64,000 nucleotides of DNA, from the NCBI GenBank assembly GCA_031408395.1, contig JANNWO010000074.1:234-64233 (forward strand). Reading direction: 5' to 3'. The notes under the pieces are model-generated. The model made no database searches and had not been told where the DNA came from. It saw only the letters and a list, made by a program, of their open reading frames with translations. Below are positions 34,246 through 43,069 of this stretch, one piece after another (positions within the stretch are counted from its first letter, which is position 1; the number at the start of each line of letters is the position of its first letter). The position numbers were made by a program, and so were the translations under genes. This DNA comes from Sphingomonadales bacterium. GTDB taxonomy: Bacteria > Pseudomonadota > Alphaproteobacteria > Sphingomonadales > Sphingomonadaceae.

Positions 34246-35055
34246 ATGGGACAATTGCAAGGCAAGACCGCGGTTATTCTGGGGGCGGCGTCGGAGGGCA
34301 ACATGGGCCAGACCATCGCCCGGCTGTTCGCAGCCGAGGGCGCAAAGGTCATGGTGGCGGGCCGCAAGGAAGGCCCGCTCGCTGCGCTAGCCGCTGAAAT
34401 TGCTGGCGAATATGCACTATGCGATATCACCAGCCGCACCGAGGTCAATGCCATGGCCGACAAGGCGGCGGCGACTTTCGGGCGGGTCGACATCGCGATC
34501 AACACCACCGGCTGGGGCCTTCTCGCCAGCATGGAGGAGATCACCGAGGAGCAGCTCGACCAGATAATTGCCCTGCAATTCAAGGGCGTGCACCACTTCC
34601 TGCAGGCCTTCGTGCGGGTGATGAGCGCGCAGGCCCCGACCGGCGGATCGCTCATTTCGCTGTCCTCGGCGACCACCAAGGCGATCATTACCAACCACGC
34701 GGCATACATCGGTACCAAGCGCGGCAGCGAGGCGCTGATCGAGTGTGTTGCCAATGATTACGGGCACTTGGGCATCAAGGCCAACACCGTCTCGCCCGCC
34801 TTTACCGACAGCCCGATGACTCACCAGAGCTTCCAGGTGCCGGGTCTGACTGACGCATTTCTCCCGCGTTATCCGATGGGTAGGCTCAACACGGTCGAGG
34901 ATGTCGCCCATGCCTGCCTGTGGCTGAGCACCGATCAGGCCTTTGTCACCGGAGCCAATATCCAGCCCAATGGCGGCCTGATCATGCGCGGTAATCCGCA
35001 AGCTGGCGACGTTGCCGCAGCGGTCGGGGCGGCGATGGCAAAATTGCAGTCGTAG
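34246..35055 (+). CDS. SDR family oxidoreductase
   Basis: ATG at 34246 follows GGGGGAGAGGAG. KTAVILGAASEGNMG and YIGTK motifs. Confidence 0.8.
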   Translation: MGQLQGKTAVILGAASEGNMGQTIARLFAAEGAKVMVAGRKEGPLAALAAEIAGEYALCDITSRTEVNAMADKAAATFGRVDIAINTTGWGLLASMEEITEEQLDQIIALQFKGVHHFLQAFVRVMSAQAPTGGSLISLSSATTKAIITNHAAYIGTKRGSEALIECVANDYGHLGIKANTVSPAFTDSPMTHQSFQVPGLTDAFLPRYPMGRLNTVEDVAHACLWLSTDQAFVTGANIQPNGGLIMRGNPQAGDVAAAVGAAMAKLQS

Positions 35056-35065
35056 ACCGCGATTG

Positions 35066-35091
35066 GGGGATGTTTCACGTGAAACATCCCC
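35066..35091. repeat. 26-nt perfect palindrome GGGGATGTTTCACGTGAAACATCCCC (hairpin between convergent genes)
   Basis: Read directly. The 13-nt arms are fully self-complementary. It lies 11 nt after the SDR stop. Confidence 0.8.
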
Positions 35092-35110
35092 GCTGAAGCC
35101 CCTCTGGAGG

Positions 35111-35151
35111 GGGGTCTAAACGCGTCTAACAGGGGTCTAAAAGGGGTCTAG
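35111..35151. repeat. Four tandem ~10.5-bp units (GGGGTCTAAA / CGCGTCTAAC / AGGGGTCTAAA / AGGGGTCTAG)
   Basis: Read directly. Preceded by the short inverted repeat CCCCTC-TG-GAGGGG at 35099-35112. Confidence 0.7.
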
Positions 35152-35178
35152 CGCGCGCTGGAACCCCTCTAGAATCGC

Positions 35179-35967
35179 TCAATATTGCGCCGTCCCGCCG
35201 TCGACGCTGATCTGCGCGCCGGTAATCCCGGCCCCGGCCTTGCTCGCCAGCAGCACCGCGACCGCCGCGATTTCTTCGACCGTGTTCGGCCGCTTGATCG
35301 CCGCTTCCGACGCGAACAGCGCGATCATCTCGTCCAGCTCCATGCCCATTGCCTTGGCGGTTGCGGGGCCGTTGTTCTTGATGATGTCGGTGATCACGAT
35401 GCCGGGACAGATCGCGTTCACCGTCACGCCCTGCGCGCCCACTTCACGCGCGAGGCTTTTGGTCAGGCCGTTCACCGCGTGCTTGGCGGCGCTGTAAGCT
35501 GTCAGCACGGCTTTCCCGTGCTTGCCCTCCATCGACGAGATGTTGATCACGCGCCCGTTGCCCTTTTCCAGCATCACCGGCAGCGCGCGCCTTGTGGCCC
35601 AGAAGGTCGAATAGACGTTCCACTTCATCGCCTCGTCAAAGGCGTGGTCGGACAGGTTGACGAGCGGCTGCAAATCGCCCGCGCCGCCCGCGTTGTTCAC
35701 CAGGATGTCGAGCGTGCCGAAATGCGCGATGACCTGATCGATGAAGCCTTCGAGATCGGCCTGCACCATCACATCGCCGGCGATGAAGATGGCGTTGTCG
35801 CCTGCCCCCAATTCCTTGAGCACCTTGGCGCCCTTCTCGGCATTGCGCGCGAACAGCGCGACCTTGCCGCCCTCCTCTAGGAAAGCCTCGGCAATGCCGC
35901 GCCCCATGCCCGCCGTGCCCCCGGTGATCGCAGCGATTTTGCCTTCAAGCTTATCGGCTCGTTTCAT
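35179..35967 (-). CDS. SDR family oxidoreductase (3-hydroxyacyl/hydroxybutyrate dehydrogenase-like)
   Basis: Internal ATG at 35967 follows AAAGGAGAG. KIAAITGGTAGMG and YSAAK motifs. Confidence 0.8.
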   Translation of the reverse strand: MKRADKLEGKIAAITGGTAGMGRGIAEAFLEEGGKVALFARNAEKGAKVLKELGAGDNAIFIAGDVMVQADLEGFIDQVIAHFGTLDILVNNAGGAGDLQPLVNLSDHAFDEAMKWNVYSTFWATRRALPVMLEKGNGRVINISSMEGKHGKAVLTAYSAAKHAVNGLTKSLAREVGAQGVTVNAICPGIVITDIIKNNGPATAKAMGMELDEMIALFASEAAIKRPNTVEEIAAVAVLLASKAGAGITGAQISVDGGTAQY

Positions 35968-36070
35968 GTGTTCTCTCCTTTGGCAGCGTGGGTAGCGGGC
36001 CGCGCCGCCCCGCGCACCTTGCCAAAATGACGGGTTGCCGGAGACGGCGCGCGCAGCGTCTAACCGCCGC

Positions 36071-37690
36071 ATGGAACCAGTCGACGTCATCATCCTCGGC
36101 TCCGGCGCGGCCGGCATGACTGCCGCGCTCGCCGCCCACGAAGCGGGCGCGAGCGTCGCGCTGATCGAACGCGGCACGCGCGTTGGCGGCACCTCGGCGA
36201 TTTCGGGCGGGGTGATCTGGGTGGCGGACAACCCCCGGATGCGCGCCGCCGGGATGGCAGACAGCCGCGAGGACGCGCTCGCCTATTTCCGCAGCCTCGA
36301 TCACGGCGATCTTGTCGACGAAACATTGGAGGCCTTCGTCGACCGCGGGCCCGAGGCGCTGGCCTTTCTCGAAGGAATCGAGGCGCTGAAGGTTGCGGTG
36401 TTGCCCGGCTATCCGGACTATTACCTCGACCGGCCGGGCGCTAAGCCGGAAGGTTCGCGCGCGCTCGACCATGATCTGTTTGCCTTGGGCGAGCTCGGCG
36501 ACTGGGCCGCGAAAATCTACGCGATCGAAGAACCCAAGCCGCTGATGCTGCGCGAGACGCCGCTCGGCGGGGCGACCGCGATGCCGCCGATGGCAGTGCT
36601 GGGCGAGCGCATGGCCGCGCGGCAATGCGGTTTCGGGCAGGCGATGGTGGCGCGATTGCTCAAGGCGTGTCTGGCGCGCAGGATCGAGCCGATGCTGGGC
36701 GTCGATACCAAGCGGCTGGTGCGCGAGGGCGAGCGGATCACCGGGATCGAAGGCACGCGCGACGGTGAGGCTTTCGCGATGACCGCAAGGCGCGGGGTGG
36801 TCATCACCACCGGCGGCTTCGAGTGGGATACCGAGCTGCGCCAGACCTTCCTGCGCGGCCCCGTCACCGCCCCCGCCAGCCCGCCGACCGGCAAGGGCGA
36901 CGGCTTGCGCCTCGCGATGCAGGCGGGCGCGAAGCTGGGCAATATGACCAGCGCGTGGTGGGCGCCAACTCTCGTGACTCCCGACGCGCCGTGGGCGAGC
37001 GGCGAGCAGCGCGCGCAGATCATCCTGATCGAACGCACCGTACCGCACGGGATCATGGTCAACCGCGCAGCGCGGCGGTTCTGCAACGAGGCGGCGAATT
37101 ACTCGGCGCTGGGCGGCGTGTTCCACCAGTTCGATCCGGCGAGCTACGATTACCCGAACCTGCCCGCTTGGCTGGTGTTCGATGCGCAATATGCCGCGCG
37201 CTATCCCTTGGGCACGCGCCAGCCAGGGCAGCCGATCCCCGACTGGGTGATGCGCGCCGAGACGCTCGAGGCGCTGGCGGAGCAGATCGGCATCGACGGC
37301 GCGCCGCTCACTGAAACCGTCGCGCGGTTCAACGTCCATGCCGATGCGGGCCATGATCCGGACTTCGGGCGCGGGACGAGCGCTTATGATCACTTCTACG
37401 GTGATCGCTCGCGGGAGGGGACGGCCGTCACCCTCGGCGCAATCCGTGAGGCGCCGTTCTATGCAGTGGAGATCGCCTCCGGCCTGCTCGGCACCAATGG
37501 CGGGCCGAGGACTGACGGTCAGGCGCGCATCCTCGGCCATGACGGGGCACCGATCTCAGGGCTGCTCGGCGCGGGCAATGCAATCGCCTGCCCGACCGGA
37601 GGGATTTACGCGGGGGCGGGCGGGACTTTGGGGCCAGCGCTGACCTTCGGCTATATCGCCGGGCGGACGGCGGCTTTGGCAAATACATAA
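36071..37690 (+). CDS. FAD-binding dehydrogenase, 3-ketosteroid-delta-1-dehydrogenase / fumarate-reductase flavoprotein-like
   Basis: ATG at 36071. DVIILGSGAAGMTAAL..GGTSA.SGG motif and C-terminal GLLGAGN...G.YAG.G..LG motif. Confidence 0.8.
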   Translation: MEPVDVIILGSGAAGMTAALAAHEAGASVALIERGTRVGGTSAISGGVIWVADNPRMRAAGMADSREDALAYFRSLDHGDLVDETLEAFVDRGPEALAFLEGIEALKVAVLPGYPDYYLDRPGAKPEGSRALDHDLFALGELGDWAAKIYAIEEPKPLMLRETPLGGATAMPPMAVLGERMAARQCGFGQAMVARLLKACLARRIEPMLGVDTKRLVREGERITGIEGTRDGEAFAMTARRGVVITTGGFEWDTELRQTFLRGPVTAPASPPTGKGDGLRLAMQAGAKLGNMTSAWWAPTLVTPDAPWASGEQRAQIILIERTVPHGIMVNRAARRFCNEAANYSALGGVFHQFDPASYDYPNLPAWLVFDAQYAARYPLGTRQPGQPIPDWVMRAETLEALAEQIGIDGAPLTETVARFNVHADAGHDPDFGRGTSAYDHFYGDRSREGTAVTLGAIREAPFYAVEIASGLLGTNGGPRTDGQARILGHDGAPISGLLGAGNAIACPTGGIYAGAGGTLGPALTFGYIAGRTAALANT

Positions 37691-37816
37691 CTCGTCATTG
37701 CGAGCGCAGCGAAGCAATCCATCGACCGACAGGCGCGAAAGGCCACAACCGCCGTATTCGTGGCTAACCGTCGGTCGTGGATTGTTTCGTCGCCTTCGGC
37801 TCCTCGCAATGACGAG
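37691..37816. repeat. REP/MITE-like nested palindromic element (~126 bp)
   Basis: The left arm CTCGTCATTGCGAG..CGAAGCAATCCATCGACCGAC pairs with the right arm GTCGGTCGTGGATTGTTTCG..CTCGCAATGACGAG. An inner GCCAC..GTGGC hairpin is present. The element almost fills the spacer between convergent genes. Confidence 0.7.
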
Positions 37817-37821
37817 CAAAC

Positions 37822-39099
37822 TTACTTCTTCACCGCAAACTCGATGTGCAGCTGCTTCAGCGACCGCAGCAGGAAGTGCGGGTGGTAACTGAAGTCGTTC
37901 TTGCCGTCCGCAAACCACATGTCTTCGAAGCGGTCGACCACCGCCTGAAAGCCCCAGGTAAGCTCGCGGCGGGCCAGCGGCGCGCCCAGACAATGGTGCG
38001 TGCCCGACCCGAACGCCATGTGCGCGCCCGCTCGGGGCCGCTCCAGATCGAGCTTCTCGGGACATTCGAAGGCGCGCTCGTCGCGGTTGGCCGCGCCGTA
38101 GCGCACGTTGATCACCGCACCTGCGGAGATTGTCACCCCGTCCAGTTCCACATCCTTGTGAGTGAAGCGCATCAGGCTCTGCACCGGGCTTTCGAGCCTG
38201 AGCACCTCCTCGACGAAGGTGCGCATGTAGGTGCCGGGATCGGCCTTCAGCTTGGCCCACACGTCCTTGTTCTCGATCAGCAGCTTCATCCCCGCCGCCA
38301 GCGCGTTGGTGGTGGTCTCGCTGCCGCCCACGAAGGTATCGGCCATCATCTCGGCGTGGAGCTCGTTGTCGTTGAGCGGGCGCCCCCAGCCTTCGATCAC
38401 GGTGTTGACCAGCACGCTAATGAGGCTGCCATCGGGATGCTCCCGCAGGCGTTCGAAGATCGGCTGGAAATAGTGCTGCGCCTCGATCTCGCGGTCGACC
38501 ATTTCTAGGTGCTGGTCCTCGGGCAGCATCAGCGAGATGCGGTGGAAGAAGGCGTCGGTCCAGCCCTTGATCCGCCACATGTCATCGCGCGCCGCGCCCA
38601 TCTGCTCGCCGATGATGAACAGCGGCAGCGGGACGCAGAACTGGCGCACCCAGTCGCAGTGGCCATCGGCGGCGAATGCGTCGATCAGCTCGTAGGCGAG
38701 GGTTTCGACGCGCGGGTCGATTTGCTTGATGCGCGACGGCTTGAACGCCTCGTTGAACATCGCGCGCATCTGCTTGTGGTTCGGATCGTCGCGCCCGGCG
38801 AGGGTGGCGGACGGTATCCAGCCTTTCTCGCGGAACCGCTCGGCGACCTTGCGGCCGCGCTCCATGTCGGTGGGGCTGGCGCGCATCAGCTCGCTTTGCG
38901 CGGTGGAGGGGAAGCGCAGCGGATCCATCAGCACCTCGCGCACATGGTCATAGCGGCTGATGACCCAGATCTGCGTACCCGGAATGTTGTAGACTGGCGC
39001 CTCGTCGCGCAGCTGCTTGTAGGCGTCGTAGGGGCACTGCTGGAGCTGCGGGTCGAAGAGGTTGATTGAGGGCCCAGAATCTTTTGTTTGGGAAGCCAT
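37822..39099 (-). CDS. Cytochrome P450 (copy 2)
   Basis: FGSGTHHCLGAPLAR heme loop and GGSETT I-helix. ATG at 39099 overlaps the upstream CMD stop by 1 nt. Confidence 0.9.
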   Translation of the reverse strand: MASQTKDSGPSINLFDPQLQQCPYDAYKQLRDEAPVYNIPGTQIWVISRYDHVREVLMDPLRFPSTAQSELMRASPTDMERGRKVAERFREKGWIPSATLAGRDDPNHKQMRAMFNEAFKPSRIKQIDPRVETLAYELIDAFAADGHCDWVRQFCVPLPLFIIGEQMGAARDDMWRIKGWTDAFFHRISLMLPEDQHLEMVDREIEAQHYFQPIFERLREHPDGSLISVLVNTVIEGWGRPLNDNELHAEMMADTFVGGSETTTNALAAGMKLLIENKDVWAKLKADPGTYMRTFVEEVLRLESPVQSLMRFTHKDVELDGVTISAGAVINVRYGAANRDERAFECPEKLDLERPRAGAHMAFGSGTHHCLGAPLARRELTWGFQAVVDRFEDMWFADGKNDFSYHPHFLLRSLKQLHIEFAVKK

Positions 39100-39713
39100 C
39101 AGCGGACCTCGATCTTTTCCGCGCCCCACGGGGCGATTGTATCGGCGGTCTGGAACGCCTCGGGCAGCTCCTCGACCATGTGCCAGGTCGCAGCCAGCCT
39201 GCCGAAACCGACGAAAAACGCCACCGTCATGCCCAGCTCGACGATCTGCGCCTCGCTGAAGTGCTCGCGCAGATCGGCGTACATCGCATCGTCAATCGCC
39301 AAGTGATCGGTCGCCATCAGCTCGCCGTAACGGATCGCGACCTTCTCCGCCGCCGACAGGTTTTCGGCCTCCTGCGGGCGCTCCAGCGAGCACACGAGGC
39401 CTTCGGTCACCCCGTCCGCCACAGCATCGGAATAGCGGATCGCCATGCAGCTACGGCACTGGTTGAAGAACGCGACCCGCAGCCGCACCAGCTCCACCAG
39501 CCGGTCGGGCAGCGTGCGGCCCCGCTTCAGCGCCCCGCCAAAGCCCATCAGGCCGAGCGCTTGTTCCGGACAATGCGCGAAGTAGCGGGTGAGGCCCTGT
39601 TCGAGATCGGTCAGGTTGTCCGGCTGGATCGCACTGACGAGGCGTTCGTCCCATTGTTCCGGCGCCAGTTTGGCAATGCGGCTCACAGCTCTCTCCCCTG
39701 TCGGCACTGGCAA
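39099..39713 (-). CDS. Carboxymuconolactone decarboxylase (AhpD-like) family protein with CxxC
   Basis: 204 aa. FFNQCRSCMAIR CxxC motif typical of the AhpD/CMD fold. Confidence 0.7.
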   Translation of the reverse strand: MPVPTGERAVSRIAKLAPEQWDERLVSAIQPDNLTDLEQGLTRYFAHCPEQALGLMGFGGALKRGRTLPDRLVELVRLRVAFFNQCRSCMAIRYSDAVADGVTEGLVCSLERPQEAENLSAAEKVAIRYGELMATDHLAIDDAMYADLREHFSEAQIVELGMTVAFFVGFGRLAATWHMVEELPEAFQTADTIAPWGAEKIEVR

Positions 39714-39809
39714 ATTAGCCCGTTTCCGTGAGGGGAAGGCTGGGGGACAACCTGTGCCACAGCAATTGGCGGATTCGCTAAGCGGACCGCCCCGCAGGGG
39801 AGAGCGGAC

Positions 39810-41111
39810 TTGCAGCGGGACGCGCCCCGATCACTGGCAGAGGTCGATCTGTTCGCCCCGGGCGCGCAGGAGCATTGGTACGCGGCTTACGCGATCCTCC
39901 ATGCCGAGGCCCCGGTGCAGTGCCTCCCCGGCGAGGGGCTGACCCCCGGCAGCGACGCCTTCGTGCTCACCAAGTACGAAGACATCGCCCGCGTGGTGAA
40001 GGACTGGGACCGCTTCCCGCCGACGCTTTCGTTGCTGGTGGCGCACATCCAGCAGTCGGGCGAGATGCCGACGCACATCCCCGATATCGACGCGATGGTC
40101 GCATCGATCGTCTCGCTGCGGCCCGATCCCGAGATGTGGCGCGCGCACCGCAAGGAGCTGACCGATCCGTGGGTCGGGCCGGGCTGCACGCGGCACGCCG
40201 GGATGATTGCGGGCCATGTCGAGGCGCTGATCGCAGCGATGCTCGCCAAGGCCCAGCGCGGCGAGCCGGTGGACTTCGTCGCCGACTTCGCGAGGCCCCT
40301 GCCGCAGCGCGTGATGGCGAGCGTGCTCGGCTTCCCGATGGAGGACATTCCCCGGCTGGAGCAATGGGGCAATGCGCAGGTCATGTCCTATGTGATCGGG
40401 ACGACCCACAAGAACATCCTCACCCCCGAACAATCGGCCGAGAAGTTCCGTCTGCTGGCGGGGATGAAGGAATATGTGGCGGAGAAAACGCGGGAGAAAC
40501 GCGCCGCCCCGCAGGACGACATGATCAGCTTCCTGACGCAGGTCGAGTACCAGCCGCTCGGCCGCAAGCTCACCGATGACGAGATCAATGGCGTGGTCTA
40601 CGCGATGGTGATCGGCGGGCTGGAAACCACCCAATATGCCATCGCGGAGCAGGCAGGGTTGCTGTGTGAGCGGCCGGGGATGTTCGCCGCGCTGCGGAGT
40701 GACCGCACTGCGATCCGCACCTTTATCGAGGAAGGGATGCGGCTGCGCTCGCCCACGCAGGGGCTTTCGACGCGGATTTGCGCGCGCGACGAGGTGTTTC
40801 AGGGCGTGAGCGTCCCTGCCGGATCGATGCTCCACCTGCGCTGGGCGGCGGCGAATATCGACGCCGAGGAGTTTGACGACCCGCTCGAATTGAACCTGAC
40901 CCGCAAGGCCGCGACCCGCCACCTCGCCTTCAGTCAGGGGCCGCGTTCGTGTCCGGGATCGAACATCTCGCGGCTGGAACAGATGATCGCGTGGGAGCGG
41001 CTGTGCGATGCCTTCGCCGACGTGGCCACCGCGCCGGGCAACGACTTTAGCCACCAGGGCGGCATCATGCTCGGGACGCGCCGGCTGCTGCTCACCCTCA
41101 CACCCGCCTGA
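39810..41111 (+). CDS. Cytochrome P450 (copy 3)
   Basis: FSQGPRSCPGSNISR heme loop and GGLETT I-helix. TTG start follows GGGGAGAGCGG. Confidence 0.88.
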   Translation: MQRDAPRSLAEVDLFAPGAQEHWYAAYAILHAEAPVQCLPGEGLTPGSDAFVLTKYEDIARVVKDWDRFPPTLSLLVAHIQQSGEMPTHIPDIDAMVASIVSLRPDPEMWRAHRKELTDPWVGPGCTRHAGMIAGHVEALIAAMLAKAQRGEPVDFVADFARPLPQRVMASVLGFPMEDIPRLEQWGNAQVMSYVIGTTHKNILTPEQSAEKFRLLAGMKEYVAEKTREKRAAPQDDMISFLTQVEYQPLGRKLTDDEINGVVYAMVIGGLETTQYAIAEQAGLLCERPGMFAALRSDRTAIRTFIEEGMRLRSPTQGLSTRICARDEVFQGVSVPAGSMLHLRWAAANIDAEEFDDPLELNLTRKAATRHLAFSQGPRSCPGSNISRLEQMIAWERLCDAFADVATAPGNDFSHQGGIMLGTRRLLLTLTPA

Positions 41112-41125
41112 ACGAAAGGCCCGCG

Positions 41126-41527
41126 ATGACCACACTGCTTGCCCATATCCAGATCAAGCCCGGCAAGGAGGCCAAGTGGGAGGGGATCATGCACGACATG
41201 GTCACCGAAACCTTCGGGACCGAAGACGGCGTGCTGCGTTACGAATACTGGAAGGGGCAGGAGCCGCTGAGCTACTACTGCCTGCTCAGTTTCAAGGACA
41301 AGTGGGCGTTCTATCACCACCAGATGTCCGACCACCACGAAGGCCATGATTTCGCCGACGTGCTGGCCGGAATAAGACTTGAATACATCGACCCCGTTGA
41401 GGGCGCGGGCGGGGGGCTGCCGCCGACAACGGACCCGGCGCTGGAGGATGACGCGAGCGAGGCGATGCGCACCGCGCAGGAACGCTTCCCGCTGGCGATC
41501 CCCGCATGGTGGGGTGGGCGCGCATGA
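41126..41527 (+). CDS. ABM (antibiotic biosynthesis monooxygenase)-like protein
   Basis: 133 aa. LAHIQIKPGKE..W....H.......E.G.L.YEYW pattern. Confidence 0.6.
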   Translation: MTTLLAHIQIKPGKEAKWEGIMHDMVTETFGTEDGVLRYEYWKGQEPLSYYCLLSFKDKWAFYHHQMSDHHEGHDFADVLAGIRLEYIDPVEGAGGGLPPTTDPALEDDASEAMRTAQERFPLAIPAWWGGRA

Positions 41528-42042
41528 GTCTGGACGCACAGGTGCGCGAATTGCTCGACCGGCAGGCGATTGCCGATGTGCTGCAACGCTATTCGCGCAC
41601 GCTCGATTGGCTGGATGATGCGGGGCAGGCGGGCTGCTTCTGGCCCGATGCGCATATCGATTACGGTTTTTTCACCGGCAGCGCGGCGGACTTCGTGCCT
41701 GTGGTGATGGCCATCGAGCGCAGCAGCCAGCGCCGCTGGCATTTCCTTTCCGCCCCGTCGATCCGGTTCGAATCCGCCGATCACGCCCAAGTCGAATGCT
41801 ACGGCATGGCGACCGGCATCCGCCAGCAGGAGGACGGCTCATGGTCGGGCGGATTGTACGGCGGGCGCTATCTCGATGGATTCGAGCGGAAGGAAGGAGA
41901 GTGGCGGATCGCGCGGCGGCAATACATCATGGACTGGAAAACGCCGCTGGATGATCAGCCGGACAACGAACCCAACCCCGATTTCCCGCTGCCGGTGTTG
42001 CAGATCATCGCCAGCGGGCATCCGTCGTACCGGGTGATGTAG
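41524..42042 (+). CDS. NTF2-fold (SnoaL_4-like) protein
   Basis: ATG at 41524 forms an ATGA overlap. ELLDRQAIADVLQRYSRTLDWLD is a typical SnoaL_4 N-terminus. Confidence 0.65.
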   Translation: MSLDAQVRELLDRQAIADVLQRYSRTLDWLDDAGQAGCFWPDAHIDYGFFTGSAADFVPVVMAIERSSQRRWHFLSAPSIRFESADHAQVECYGMATGIRQQEDGSWSGGLYGGRYLDGFERKEGEWRIARRQYIMDWKTPLDDQPDNEPNPDFPLPVLQIIASGHPSYRVM

Positions 42043-42043
42043 G

Positions 42044-42409
42044 CTACTCCGCAGGCGGATCCATGTAGTCGCGGTAATAGGTCATCTTGCCGCCGCTCAC
42101 CTTGTAGATGCCGACCCCGCCGCGCGAGGGCGCGCCTTCCGCGTGCATCGTCCAACGCGCCCATACCGCGTGATCATCGCCGCAGATCTCGTCGACGGTG
42201 AAGCGGATTTTCCGCTCCCCCATCTCCGCGACCATCGTGGTCATGAAGCCCATGATCGCCTCGCGCCCCTCGTAGCGGCCCCAGATCGGGTCCTCGAGCA
42301 GCGCGTCCTCGGCAAACAGGGGTGCGAGCTTGGTGTAGTCGCCATCGTCCTGGATGCGCCAGAATTCTGCGAGCACGCGCTGTGCTTCGCCCCCTGGTTC
42401 TTTGGGCAT
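42044..42409 (-). CDS. NTF2-fold (SnoaL-like) protein
   Basis: 121 aa. F..DA.LEDP.....G.EAI..F pattern. Confidence 0.6.
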   Translation of the reverse strand: MPKEPGGEAQRVLAEFWRIQDDGDYTKLAPLFAEDALLEDPIWGRYEGREAIMGFMTTMVAEMGERKIRFTVDEICGDDHAVWARWTMHAEGAPSRGGVGIYKVSGGKMTYYRDYMDPPAE

Positions 42410-42535
42410 GGTCTCGTCTCCCCATCATGTGTCGCGCCGGTTTTGCCATGCGCGACGGTGCGCCCGCCCCTGCGAAAATGGCGAGGGTAACGTAGCTCCG
42501 CCCCCTGTTATCCTGCCGCGCAAAGGAGAGGCCTC

Positions 42536-43069
42536 ATGTCGACCACCCCCCGCGTATCCTCGGCGATCCCCGGAGAGCCGGCGCATTTCGGCAGCGTGCT
42601 CGCCCACCAGCCTGAGATCGCAGAAAGCTTCTTCGCGCTCTATGGCCGTTTCTGGGGCAGCGACGTGCTGGCCGCGCGCATTAAGGAGGTCGCCCGGATG
42701 CGCAATGCGCGCGTCACCGAATGCGGGTTCTGCCGCAATGTGCGCTTCGACAAGGCGGTGGCGCAGGGGCTGGGCGAGGAGGTGGTGGACGACATCACCG
42801 ATGGTTACGCAACCAGCGCCAAGCTGACCGAGACCGAGAAGGTGGTGCTGAAGTTCACCGACGCGCTGATCTATGATCCTGAGCTGCTCAATGGCGATGC
42901 CCGCGCTGCGCTCCAGCGGCACCTTACCCCGGCGCAGATCGCCGAACTGGGTCTGGGCGTGACGCTGTTCCTCGCGCTCGCCAAGGCGCTGATCACGATG
43001 GGGCTGGAGCCTGCGGTGATGGACCGCACCGTCCTGCCGACGCCTGCCGTGCTGGAGGCCGCGGAATGA
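42536..43069 (+). CDS. CMD/AhpD-like family protein with CxxC
   Basis: ECGFCRNVRF CxxC motif. 177 aa. Confidence 0.7.
   Translation: MSTTPRVSSAIPGEPAHFGSVLAHQPEIAESFFALYGRFWGSDVLAARIKEVARMRNARVTECGFCRNVRFDKAVAQGLGEEVVDDITDGYATSAKLTETEKVVLKFTDALIYDPELLNGDARAALQRHLTPAQIAELGLGVTLFLALAKALITMGLEPAVMDRTVLPTPAVLEAAE

Noticed and set aside
35111-35151. Possible CRISPR-like or minisatellite array
   Set aside because: The units are only about 10 nt and directly abutting, with no spacers and no cas genes. This is not a CRISPR array. It is kept as a tandem-repeat finding instead.
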